From: Albugo candida
Taxonomy: Eukaryota
Direction of reading: 5' to 3'
Assembly (NCBI GenBank): GCA_040437565.1
Contig: JBDOQK010000035.1
Span: 310,001 to 374,000 of the forward strand
Length of the DNA stretch: 64,000 nt
Below, piece after piece: positions 1 through 11,721 of this stretch. The notes beneath the pieces were generated by a model. It was given only the letters and a program-made list of their open reading frames with translations. It was not told the DNA's origin and made no database searches. The position numbers were made by a program, and so were the translations under genes. Within the stretch, counting starts at the first letter, position 1. Each line of letters begins with the position of its first letter.

Positions 1-3000
1 ATCTATCCGTCACGATCCTTCTTCTTGTAGACGCATCGATTAGCACCACATGCTTCAAATTCCATTTTTATCAATGCACTGTGAATGTTTGAGTTCCACG
101 CATGTGCGGCTTGCTTTAGTCCATATAAAGCACGGTTCAGCTTCAAACCATATTCTTTGCCAATGTTAAGTCCCTTTCGTACTTCCACGTAGACTTCTTC
201 TTGAATTTCTGCGTTCAAATACGCTGTGTCCACATCAATTTGTTCAATTATGTATCCAATTGCACAACACGCTGTTAGGAGTATTCTAATCGAGTTAATG
301 CTCGCGACAGCAGCATATGTCTCGAAGAAATCGACTCCGTGATGTTGCAAAAATCCCAGCGCAACCAATCTCGCTTCGTAGCAGTGTCGGGCCTGTCTCC
401 TTCTTGACCCAGACCCACTTAGTTCCAATGGTCTTCATTCCTGGTTTTCGTTGGAAAATTGACCACGTGATGTTGCACTTATGCGCAACGACTTCGTTGT
501 TGATTGCTTTAGCTCACTGGTCTTTTTCATCTCCGGTGGTTGCATCTTTGTACGATCGTGGGATATTTTGTGTAACCATTGCGACTTCTACCATCAACGA
601 CGTCTCGCTATCAAATCTAGATCTCTTGGATGGAGGTTCGTTATCATCTCTGTCACCTGACTGAACATTGTTATTGTAACAACGATGCTGTTATCAATAT
701 GGTTGTCAGCACTATCAGCCTCAATCATCATTATGGGATGGTGTTCAATTTGTGCAATATCGTATTCATCTCTCCCACTGGTTTTGTCGGTAAGAAGACG
801 TCGTTTCCGTTCCATATCGGGTCTTCGAGTTATATCTTGTTGAATGATCATCTGGCTACCCGTTGGTTGACTGAGTGCTCCGTCTTGCTGGCAAACCCCA
901 TCTTGAATCGATCGAGGCTGGTACATGAGCTGTTGTGACTGATTTGAATGAGATTGGTGACAGCCCGGCCAGGGGCTTAAACTTTCATCTTCAGGTACAA
1001 TGTCACTCATCTGTTTATCCATCTCGACGTCATCGTCTTCGTGTTCGTCTTTCATTTCAACATCTCCGTTTCCACTATTATGCATTCCATAATGCAAATC
1101 ATCGTCCCCTTCATCTTCGCAAGGAATTGCTGTGGTATCATTAACTGTATCATTCTACACGTTCCCATCGTAGATACTGTCAACTTCGCGTTCGTCAAGT
1201 GTAATCGTTCTGCTGGTCTTAACCGTGTGTTTCTCCAGTTCGTAACCTTTATCTTTTTTTGTATTTGTGGCATATCCCAGTAACATGCAACGGAAGCTCT
1301 TCGCGTCTAACTTCGTGCGCTCAGTTTCGTTAACGTTAGTGTATCCAAGCGATCCAAATACCCGTAGGTAATTTAGTTGTGGCTTTGTCTTGAAACACTT
1401 CTCGATTGGAGTCGTATTCATGGATTGACCGCTTGTGGTTCGATTGATCAGGTGAACCGCGGTATTTATCGCTTCATCCCACCTAGTCTGTGCAACACAC
1501 TTGTAGGTCATCATGATTCTCGCTTTTTCCGTCATGGTCCTGTTCATTCGCTCTGCAAGTCGGGTTTGCTGAGGGCTGTGAGGTACTGCTGTCTGGTGAA
1601 TGATTCCATTTATCCGGCAAAATTCCTGGAACGTCATGTTCTTAAACTCTCCTCCATTGTCCGTGCGTATAGCTTTAATTCTCGTTCAGCACTGTAGTTC
1701 CATTTCTGCTTTGTACTCGATGAACTTTGTTGTCATCTCACTTTTGGTATTTAAGAAGTATACGTTCACAAATGTGGAGAAGTCATCAATAAATGACAGC
1801 ATAAATCTGGACCCACCAGGAGTTTTGGTCTTCATGGGTCTCATGACATTTAGATGAACTAATTGTAATGGTTGCGTAGTCTTCGTCTTTAATTCCTTGG
1901 GGAATCTTGCCACTGTCATCTTTCCTTAAAGACATCCACTGCACAAATTTCCATCTTTGTCCGAAATTCTTGGTAAACCTGCAGTCGACTGATGTGTTCT
2001 ATCGTATATTGTCTAACTTGGATGGCCCATTCTGGCATGACATAGCTCCCACTTGCTCTCAACACTATTGTGATCAACCACCATGGCTCGCTCATATTCT
2101 ACGTTGAGTGTGTACACGTTCCCTTCGCGCTTCGCGGACAACACCAGGTCATTTGCTCTAAAAATGTCGCATTGATTTGCACCGAACCGCATGTCTAGTC
2201 CATGTTGGGCTATCTTTGGAACTGATGGTACCCAGATTGAGTATGTGTAATACTCCCTTCACCGTCACCATTGTACCACTCTTGCAACGAAATCTAATTT
2301 TTCCTCTCCCAATTGCTTTCATCTTCTCTCCGTCTGCAATACGGACTTCAATTGGATTCTCCAACGCATGATATTCGGGAAAATCTTCTTTTGCCGGTGT
2401 CATATGTGACGAGGCTCCGCTGTCCAACAACCAACCTTGTTTACTACCATCATGGACTGTAAATGCAATTTCATTCGCGTCCATCGCAGGTTCTATCTTG
2501 CACTTATATTTCTTGTGGCCCACTTTATTGCATCTCACGAAATTGCTTTTTCTTCTTATAATCTTCATTTGTAGTTCGTTTTTGATGCATTGTCCGTCCT
2601 CTTCCTTGGCCGTGTCGTACACGAAATGCACCCTCCGAGGTCACCCGTTGCTGGTTCTTGTCGTGTTCGTTTAGCAACTTTTCTTTTACGTCCATCAGTG
2701 TTAGTCCAACTGAATTCTCTACTGTGACAAGTAGTTCGTATTTGGCAGGCAAGCTTCCGAGCAAGATCGTGAGCTTCCTTCCTTCATCCATCGTTTCTCC
2801 GACTGCTTCTATGCTCAGTGTGAGCTCTTCACACCGATCCATATGGCTGGCCATATTGCTGTCTTCTTCCATGCGAAAGTCATGCAGTCTTCGTGTTAGA
2901 GCTATTCTGTTCTGAAGATTGCGCTTGTTGTAATATTCCCCAAGTATATCGCATACTTCCTTGGCTGTTATCGCATGACGAATCTTTGACTGATGCTCCA

Positions 3001-3167
3001 CTTCGACTTCTTGTCCGACTCGTCCTTGACTTCATTTCCATTATATGATTTAGTACTCCCTTACGTGCTAGATTCATCTTCATGTTGAATTCCCAATGGA
3101 AGTAGTTTCCGTTCCCGAGCAAGTCGTCAGGCTTCTTCATCTTGTCGCTGTTGCCACCAAACGTTTT

Positions 3168-3180
3168 TGGGCTCATAACC
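3168..3180 (-). other. Copia primer-binding site GGTTATGAGCCCA (half-tRNA-iMet type); contains the gag ATG at 3176
   Basis: Lies directly against the LTR end (...AACA|GGTTATG). Complementary to the anticodon stem-loop of initiator tRNA-Met, as in Drosophila copia. Confidence 0.85.
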
Positions 3181-3391
3181 TGTTACTTTTCGGTCAAAAG
3201 GGGAAGTATCTTATTAAGTTTAACAGTCTCCTACGGGCCACTAATCACTACCTCTCGAATTATGTGTCATACCTCATATTCTTCGTTTCGCATGTCGTGT
3301 GTACTGCACACTCGGTGCTACAACTACAGGGTACGTTTCAGCAGAAAGTGCCAAGCGAAATGTAAGTTGCTTAAGATATTTTGAAGCAACA
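3181..3391 (-). repeat. 5' LTR (~211 bp) of the Copia at 1-3391
   Basis: Minus strand begins TGTTGC and ends GTAACA (TGTT...AACA termini). PBS is adjacent; unrelated Copia RT sequence resumes at 3392. Confidence 0.75.
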
Positions 3392-4864
3392 TGGAGTTAA
3401 GCATACGAAATAGCTTTCTCTATTGTTAAAAGTCGTTGTATGTCCTGAAGCAGACCGAAGGCTATAAAGTAGGCTATTGCACTCGAAGTTGGTAGATATA
3501 GGTTTCGAGCAGTGTACAACAGACATGTGTCTGTACATTAGAGATAACAGTGGAAATTTTAGGGTTGTTGGTGTGTATGTCGACGACATATTGTTCACCG
3601 TGACGTCAACCAATGTCGTTTGGCAATTTTTCGACATCATGGTGTCGCTCTAAATAAAAGATTTGGTGACGTGAACAAATTTTTGGGTTTACTTATAATG
3701 TTGGACTTTGAGGCTGGCTATGTGCTGGACCAAACGTGGCTATCGACCTACTACACATGACCATGTTTCGTAATCGGCAAACGGGATTCCGACCCCAATT
3801 GAAGAAGAATGCAACATAGACGGAACGCAATGTTCAGAAGTGTTGGTTGCATCATCCGAAGGCGGCCTAAAAAGAATCAGGGTCTTTCAGTTCCTCGTTG
3901 GGAGTCTACTATGGATTGCAAGATGTACTCGCCCTGATATCTGTATTGCAGTGCACCGCGCAACCAGGCAGACTCACAAACCGACGATGAAGGACTGGAA
4001 AATGGCCAAGAGAATTGATCAATACCCAACGAGACGAAGTCGCTAAGTTATGCGTCAACAGTACAAGCCAACCAGTGGACCCCATCAAGGTCGAAAGCTG
4101 GAACGACGGTGACTTTGCTGCGGACAAGACGGATAGATAGTCAGTGTCAGGATTCGTGCTGACATTGGACGGAACAGTGGTATCGTGGACATGCAAGGAG
4201 CAGATTGCTGTCTCGCTTAGTACCATGGAAGCCGATTCATCGCTGCGTCGCATGCTGGTCGTGAGCTTCCAGCACTGAGGGGATTGTTTGCTGTACTGGA
4301 TATGAAAATTGTTGAGCCGATACCCATGTGCATGGACAATCAAGCGGCTATCAAGCATTTGAAAAGCAAAGAGAGTACCTCAAGCGTGAAAAATGTCGAC
4401 ATTCATTTCCAGTCTATCTGTGACCACAATCAAACTAGGGTCGTGCTGCCAAGCTTTTTTAAGTCTGATGATACGACGGTGAATCTGTTGACAAAGGCAC
4501 AATCAGCCAAGAATATCAGACCTGTGTGGGATGTTAAAGTTGAAGCCCATCCAGGATGACGTCGAGAAGGAGTGTTAGACTATACTGTTTCTGACAGGCC
4601 GTAAAGGGCTTGAGTTTCTACAAGATTCGTTACAGGTAAAGTCCGACCTTACGTGAATCGCTGTTTCGGTACAACATGAAGTATGGGACGAAGAGAGACG
4701 ATCACCACCTGGGACCAGACGGACGTCATGTGAAACGTGACGTAGTCAAGTTTGTAATGCCGCTGGACATGCATGTTATAGTGTTGACAACAAGGTAAAT
4801 GACTAATATATTTACCTTTACTTCTACCTCTATTACAACAAGTGCATATCAAATGCATTCAACA
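3392..4864 (+). mobile_element. Degenerate Copia 3' half (RT-RNase H, PPT, 3' LTR); same family as 53585-55110
   Basis: VVGVYVDD, FQFLVGSLLWIARCTRPDI and KNVDIHFQ motifs. PPT GAGAAGGAG at 4564-4572, then TGTTAG at 4573. Visibly colinear with 53696-55110. The LTR right end is uncertain (4840 or 4864). Confidence 0.9.
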
Positions 4865-5199
4865 CTTACTGCGCGAATTTCTGAGAACCAGGTACTCCGC
4901 AGCACCTTCCGACATTTCCACCACAGCCACCAGGACGAAAAAATGTTCAGTCCATGTTCTTCAGATCCTTAGGCCGTGTAAGCAATTGCATCAACTATAT
5001 GGGTTCGAAAGCCTCAATCATTTTTACTTCTCATATTAAAGAGTCGGCATTTGATTTCACTAAGTCTTTAGTTGTTTATGGTAGCATCTTGAAGCCATGC
5101 CTTGAAGATTACTGACTCCAGAAACACGCCGACTCGGAAGGGAAATATACCGAAGAAGCAGTTGCCAAGTTGTTGAAGAAACAGAAAGCGAAGGGAGCA

Positions 5200-6186
5200 A
5201 AGCTTTCTACCTATTGGCTATAAATGATACCGAATCCATCGTTCTTCCTATCATATAAAGCCACGCGCTGACTGAACTAAGGTTACCTGTCTTCCAAAAC
5301 GACGTCTTCACCCACAAATTTAGAGCGAACTCCTTCGTACAATCCCGCTCTTTCAAACATACGAACTGCAAGCTTTTCTGTCTTGCCTCAGGGTACTTCA
5401 CAGCCCGCTCTAATTTTGTAACGGTCTTCAAGCATCATCCGTATGATGACGATACATGATACATTTGTGGACCGACTTGGGGGATCGGTCATAGCCGCGC
5501 GTAAAGCCGCCGCACTTGCGATTGCGGGAAATCATGACCAGGTTGCCGGTGTCCGTTATACCTCGGGGTCCTGATGGCCGTTCCGCCATAGCTGGCGGAG
5601 TCGACAAATCCAACACAGTGATATGCATGCGTGGACCACTCCCCAGTCCCGTCGCAAATGCAGGTGACATCTTAACATCTCTCACAATCTTTACCACCCG
5701 ATCCTCTCCAGAAAAAATATCCTTTGCATTTTGTTCTGGGATTCTTCCAAGCAATCAGATCGTCCCATCAACCCACGCATGAGTTGTATCATTTAATTTT
5801 CGTCGGCCTGTCTCTTCTTGACTCCCACATTATTGACTCCCAGCAAAACATAATCTACGTTGCTCGCAGATTCGTACGCCATCTTTTTTCATGTTCTTCT
5901 ACCACACCAATTTTTTCGAGACGTTTGGGCTCATAACCTCTTGAATAGACGAGATCGACGCAGAGACGGCCCTCGGATCGCTTGTGTTGAGAAAAGGAAA
6001 AATAGAGGGTCTTATATCAAGACGCTTATATATCCACCAGTCTTTCCAAACTCAAAGTGTTTGCATGATTATGCTTCCCGATAGGTAAAGAGACGGCACG
6101 CATCAAAGTAACAAATGGAATCTCCTCCAGTGTTTGTGCACATAGATTTTAACGTCAGTCGATTTCCAACCGCATACATTTCAACA
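5200..6186 (-). mobile_element. Internally deleted Copia remnant with 5' LTR (5939-6186) and PBS (5926-5938)
   Basis: Perfect GGTTATGAGCCCA next to an LTR with TGTTGA...TCAAGA ends. Degenerate GAG-pre-integrase (GHRQPGH, resembling WHRRLGH) and integrase-like remnants. Left boundary approximate. Confidence 0.7.
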
Positions 6187-8030
6187 CCTCACGATATCGA
6201 CATTAGCCCAACAAAGTCTGAAACTCAACCGAAGCTTGTACGGTCTAATACAAGCCGCTGCGACATGTTAAACGACTATTTCGAGTGATTCAGAAAAATG
6301 GGTTTCGTGGCATTTGTTTCGGACTCGAGCGTATTCATCCGTCAAGATGGAAGCCTCTCATGGATGTACGTGATTTTGTATGTCGACGATGTGCTTATTG
6401 GAGGTACTTCGGCTGACTCGATCAAGAAAATTTTAGATGAACTTGTTAGTCATTTCGATTGAGGACGCTAGGCCCTTCTCGATTTATCTTCGGCTTTGAA
6501 GTCGAGCACGAGAAGCGTATGAAGAAACACAAGATCAGTCAAAGTGCTTTTATTGAAAGAATTGTCGAAAAGTTTTATGAGTTCAGCTCCAAAGTTGTAC
6601 ACACTTCAAGTGTGGAAGGCCAAGTCATGGTCTAATGTGAGAAGATGGGTCCAGCTATGTATGTGACGAGGGGAATAAGACCCGATATTGCTTTTCTCCG
6701 GTGAGTCGACCGAGTCCACATTTGAAGAAACCAAGTGAGGAGCACTAGAAAGAAGCTATAAACGTGCATCGCTTACTTGGAGTCGACCGCAACGATGGGA
6801 TTTTGCATCGAAAAAGTCAGACGATTTGAAATTGACTGCATTCAGTGGTGCTGATTGGGGAAGCGATAAAAGCAGTCGACGGTCGACATCTGAATTCATG
6901 GTCATGAGCAACCATTCTCCAGGCATTTTCAAGTCAATTCTTCAACAATGTGTATTACTTAGTACTGCGGAAGCCGAATTTTTGGCACTTCCATTGTGTG
7001 CATGCAAGAGGTATTGTGGATAAAATAATTATTGATGGAAATGAAGATCAAGATTGACGCTTTAGTCATTCTATATGAATATATTTCATGCGCAATCGCT
7101 ATCTCCAAGAACGAAGGATATAAAAGTGAGCCAAGCACATTGATATTCGTTATCCATATTCGTTATCCTTTTGTCCGCGCACAAGTCAAGGCCAATGTAC
7201 TCATCTGAAGTATATCGAGAATCGGCTTGAAACTCATCGAGTTCCTGACCTAAGCAGTTTCGACAGAAAAGTTTCAGTTTCTTGTGACCAAGTCAAACAT
7301 TCGTCGAGGAGGAGTGTTGACAGTTTTCAGTCAGGTAACGGACGCTTAAGCTCCTTTGCTCGCCTTTCCGACATTAAGTACCAATTATAGAGAGGCAGAA
7401 TTATCAAGGTATAGTGCACGACACCTATAACCGACACTCCCATAATTTTGCGGCCAAATTTCCATAAATCTATTTCATGCAGAGTATACTTCTAACGTGA
7501 CAAAACCTGTTTTGTGAACCAATCGGAATCCGAAATTAATATGTAACGCGAAACTATAGGGTGGACACCTATGTAGATATATATGTAGACTACATACAGT
7601 AGNNNNNNNNNNNNNNNNNNNNNNNNNNNNNNNNNNNNNNNNNNNNNNNNNNNNNNNNNNNNNNNNNNNNNNNNNNNNNNNNNNNNNNNNNNNNNNNNNN
7701 NNTGGTTAAAAAAAGTATCTATTTTTAGATGTCCGGCCAAATTTCCATAGCTCCATACATAATCACGAGAATTTGCCGAACTTCAAAGGCTTCTAACTTC
7801 ATCAAAAATAAATTTTGCAAAAATTCGACTCTATTGCCAGAAAGCCACGGCAATGTACTTTTTAGATATAGAAAGATATTTTTGTTCAAGTGGGTAATTG
7901 GGTATCCCAAACAATTCTTGCGCACCGGGTGGAGGTGCCGGTTATAGGTATCGTGCACTGTAAAAGTACGTACAAGAAGAATCCTACTATACTTACTTTT
8001 CATATTACGCTCCACGGCCAAATCTTGACA
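6187..8030 (+). mobile_element. Degenerate Copia RT-RNase H plus 3' LTR (7315-~8030); the LTR is interrupted by a MITE
   Basis: VILYVDDVLI, AFSGADWGSDKSSRRSTS, LSTAEAEF and KHIDIRY motifs. PPT GAGGAGGAG at 7306-7314, then TGTTGA. The LTR-like sequence ends TTGACA at 8030. Confidence 0.85.
7412..7960. mobile_element. Non-autonomous Tc1/mariner(pogo)-type DNA transposon (MITE) with ~25-bp TIRs and TA target duplication
   Basis: Left end TA|TAGTGCACGACACCTATAACCGACAC; right end reverse-complements to TA|CAGTGCACGATACCTATAACCGGCAC. TA at 7410-7411 and 7961-7962. Spans the 7603-7702 gap, so its true length is unknown. Confidence 0.8.
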
Positions 8031-8739
8031 CGACCGACTCTACAGGATCTCGTGTTATCCTTGACTTCCGGCTCTTTTCCAGTTCAGTCCGCTTCGTCAC
8101 TGTATTATGCCCCATTTTCCGACATGCATCTTCACCTATGGAAGAAAGCTTTGTCACCTCATGTCCACGCTGCTATCCCCGTCATGCGAATAAGACACAA
8201 GATAATTCCGAGATGTTGTATATCTATAATGCACACATCTTTAGTATTTCGAAGATGCTTAGACTCGCCACATGTTAAGCTAGCACCAGTGCTTTGGCTG
8301 TGCTGGTTGATAGACAGTAAGACTGATGGTTGGTGAAGTCGAGGCACATTGAACAATCAAGCGCACGCTTGCTTCCACTTGCTCACGAGCTTTTCTGTTA
8401 GATCCTTAAGGACCACTCATCTTTCTGGAAAAGAGCCGTGCTATTGTGGCATCAAATGCTTGCTATTGACTGCTCCCTGTCAGCTATGATTGAGAACTTA
8501 ACGGCTCTCTTGTGTCCTGCTCACCACTCCTACCGTCACTTTCTACCGAAACATTGGTAATCCTATCAGCAGTTTCGTTACATTTTAGCATACCTTATTG
8601 ACTCGCCTGCACACCTAGTTAGAGGCGATCGCCGATTGAATTTGTGATGGAGAAAAAACTAGAACATGATGCTTCTCGTTGTCGTTCGAATGTAGTTGCT
8701 TGGTGTGCACAACGTGACTTGAATGTTGCATAACTACTA

Positions 8740-10528
8740 ATGGGAATGCCCAATAAAAAAAATCAGCAACATGACCTCACATGTGACGAATCGCTACCGA
8801 ATCATGGAAATTCCATTATATCGAACAGCGACACTTTGAACGAAGAAGTATCATGTCCGGTTTGCCATACCAAGTCCTCACTGAACGAATCTGAATTCGT
8901 ACTTCATTTCCTCAATTGCTCGGCTAAAACCTTTGCTCCTCCACGAGATCGCATGACTTGCAGTCCGCATGATTATCGACCACATACCAATCAGTATAAG
9001 CTAAAACATTCCGAAAATGCAAACATGGATGTCGCCGAGAAGACCCATTGTTCCGTATGTAAAGCTATTTACACATCTCGATGCACAGACTACGAAATCG
9101 AGTTTCACAAAGATGAGTGTCGAAGGAACAATTACGATTACAAAACTCATTCTGATAATACATTCATGACGAAATTCGAAAATACACGGTCTGAAGCTCA
9201 TAAGTTGAGCGATACTCATTCATTCGAGACGTCAGAGACACGTCGACCGCTGAAGCATGCCCGCACGCTGTCAAAAGAATGCGTCACTGGTCGTACAGTA
9301 AAGAAATCTTCATCTTGCCCAATATGTCTTTCTGATTCTAGCAGTCAGAATTTGATTCGATGTTCAGCGACTTGTGGCCAGATGTTTCATCCGTTGTGTA
9401 TCAAAGCTAATCATTTACAGATAGCTCAACTGAAAAAAAGTAACAAGAATGGCACGGGGAGTTTGGATCACTTTCCATGGACTTGTGGTCATTGCCTCCG
9501 TGCGATTCATTTATGTCAAATTTGCGGATTTTTAGGAAAAGATGGTGAAGACTTACTTCAGTGCTCCGTTGCTAGCTGCCAGGCGTATTTTCATTCATTG
9601 TACGTTGATTGAAAACTTTTCCATCAACCAGTATCACTCAGACCCCTTTCTGTGAAGCTGTCTAGGACAAAGAATAGGCGATCCCGTTGCTGTTCCTACT
9701 TCAAGTCGTTCAGAGAAGCCGATGGGTGCTTATTGCTCTGTAGGGTTTCAGAATAATGATACAGATACTCTGATAGCAAGCTGTTCCACAGATTGCGCTC
9801 GAAGTGAAGACCGTCAAATCAATGCAAATAACGATTACGACAGATTCATGTGCCAAACATGCAGGATTTACAATGAAAAAGATACAATGAAAATTATCAA
9901 AAGACGAGGACTTCGGAGGTCCCTTCAATCGCAAATATCGATTGGCGAGATTGTGCTGGTTCTCCCGGAACGTTTTCTCCTTCGAGATGGTTACTGTGCA
10001 AATAGTGATCTCATATGGGGCATAGTTGTGCGGATAGAATTATTGAAGGACTATTTATCTTATGAGAACGGTATTCCCGCTACAGAATGCATGAGTCCCG
10101 ATATCCTCGAAGAATTGCAAATATTGACAATCGAATCGTTTATGGATGCACGTACTTGGAACTTAACGAACGCACAAGTTCTCTCTATTGCAGCAGCAGA
10201 CAATTTCGATACCCCTCTCAACATGCTGCGAAATTGCATCGAATGGTACACGTACATTCAGTGTGTAAATTTTTTTTACTCCGGTTATCGTAAGCAAAGC
10301 GACGATATCGCCAACGAACGTGCTAAGCTTCTACAAAAATCCTGTGCAGCATTTCGCGGCTACACACGTAAAGTTATGCTCGCTCATACACAACACCATG
10401 ATGCGCTTACTTCCATGAGTTGGGCGTCCGCAAATCGTGGCTTCGAGAATTTTGAAAAAACCATGGCACGATCAGAGCCTGTCTCGTTTTCCGAGATCAC
10501 TGAAGCACCCGTATTTTCTTTTCTTTGA
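8740..10528 (+). CDS. Zinc-finger chromatin protein: two C2HC (UBZ-like) fingers plus tandem NSD-like PHD fingers; join(8740..9599,9658..10528)
   Basis: CPVC..H...C and CSVC..H...C fingers; CPIC...C...C..FH..C...C..C and CQIC...CSVASC..YFH..C. A GT-AG intron at 9600-9657 joins the two ORFs in frame and completes the His-x2-Cys ligand pair (FHSFCLG). Confidence 0.8.
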
Positions 10529-11721
10529 TGCCAAGCTGAACAATCGCTGACCATTTCCAATTATAAGATCTCAACTTCTCGACTGGCAGCACAGAATGGT
10601 ATGAATAAAGCAGAAGTTGGTTGTGATTAGTGCGACCAAAAGCTTTACGACCTCGCACAAGTACAAAATAATCATTGGCAAAAACAATTGTCAAGTCGCA
10701 GGATGATACATCTGCAAGTGTGTCAACTTCAGCCGACTGTCTGTAGCAATATCTTGTTGAGTGACACTGAAGGGTTATTGATCAAGATCTTATAGACGTC
10801 AAAAACGTGACAGCTTGATGCCGCATACTCCGAAGATGTCGTATTTGACATCTGCCGGCTGAAAACTTACTCACAGGGACAAAGATACCTGCTCAGCCTT
10901 TAGCTGAATACATTATGCGCAAGCAAGCAATCAGAATTTCAAAACAAACTCTTCATAAATGGTGTGAGGGTATGAGGATATGGCTATTCAATCTCACGAA
11001 GCTGTTGCAGGCTGCAAAGAGAAAATGTCGTGATCAGGAGATATGATAAGCCATACGACATATGATCCGTAATGAAAATGCCCACCTAATTCAAGTTTCA
11101 CAATCTGATGATAAGTGTGTGATATGTTTGATGAATGAAGACAAGTACTGAATAAAATTGGTGGTTAATGGATTCTGAGCATTTATTGCCCGTAGGTTTA
11201 CTCTGTCTCACTTTATTTCGATCATTCCTTATTTGCAGCACATCGAAGGGGTTGATTCACTTTACCGTGGCACAAAATATGCTGGATTACTACTACCTTA
11301 TCCCGAGCTTTCTACACAAAGCTACTTACACAGATAAATGTCTCCACGTTTGGACCGTGACTGCTTGAAAATTGAATAGTGTGACTTAAAGAACGTATAT
11401 AAGTGATGAGTTCGTTGAGATTGTAAATGTATGGTACAAAGCTATTAAGCTGTTGAGACAATCAGTGGAGAATCTGACTACAAGCAACAGCACCGTTACT
11501 ACTCCTATCTTGACTATGAATTTGTACGAGATGTACCTATATTGTATGTTGTCATTATACTCAGATTACGTTTCCGAGCGAATGACCTGGAATAATGATG
11601 GACATGTAGAGTATGAAATCTTGGGTGCTGCAGTCCTCGACTCCAACTTCGAGATGCTGAGTTTCTTACAGTTCTGAATGCGAAATCAATTCTCCGTAAA
11701 CATTGGTTTATCAATGGAGAC

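Larger units (their letters stand above)
1..3391 (-). mobile_element. Degenerate Ty1/Copia LTR retrotransposon (5' LTR, gag, protease, integrase, start of RT); runs off the left edge of the window
   Basis: Frameshifted minus-strand ORFs in Copia order: gag (NYFHWEFNMKMNL), protease (WLLDSGASSHM), integrase (FIDDFS..., PHSPQQ..AERMNRT, ERTKLDAKS), RT2 (ARLVA.G..Q..GVDFFET, QIDVDTAYLN, LYGLKQA). PBS and LTR at the right end. Confidence 0.95.

Noticed and set aside
5462-5660. GC-rich segment with loose inverted ends and hairpins (MITE or hammerhead ribozyme?)
   Set aside because: The minus strand encodes degenerate Copia pre-integrase motifs continuously, the inverted repeat is poor, and the hammerhead core (CTGANGA...GAAA) is not matched.
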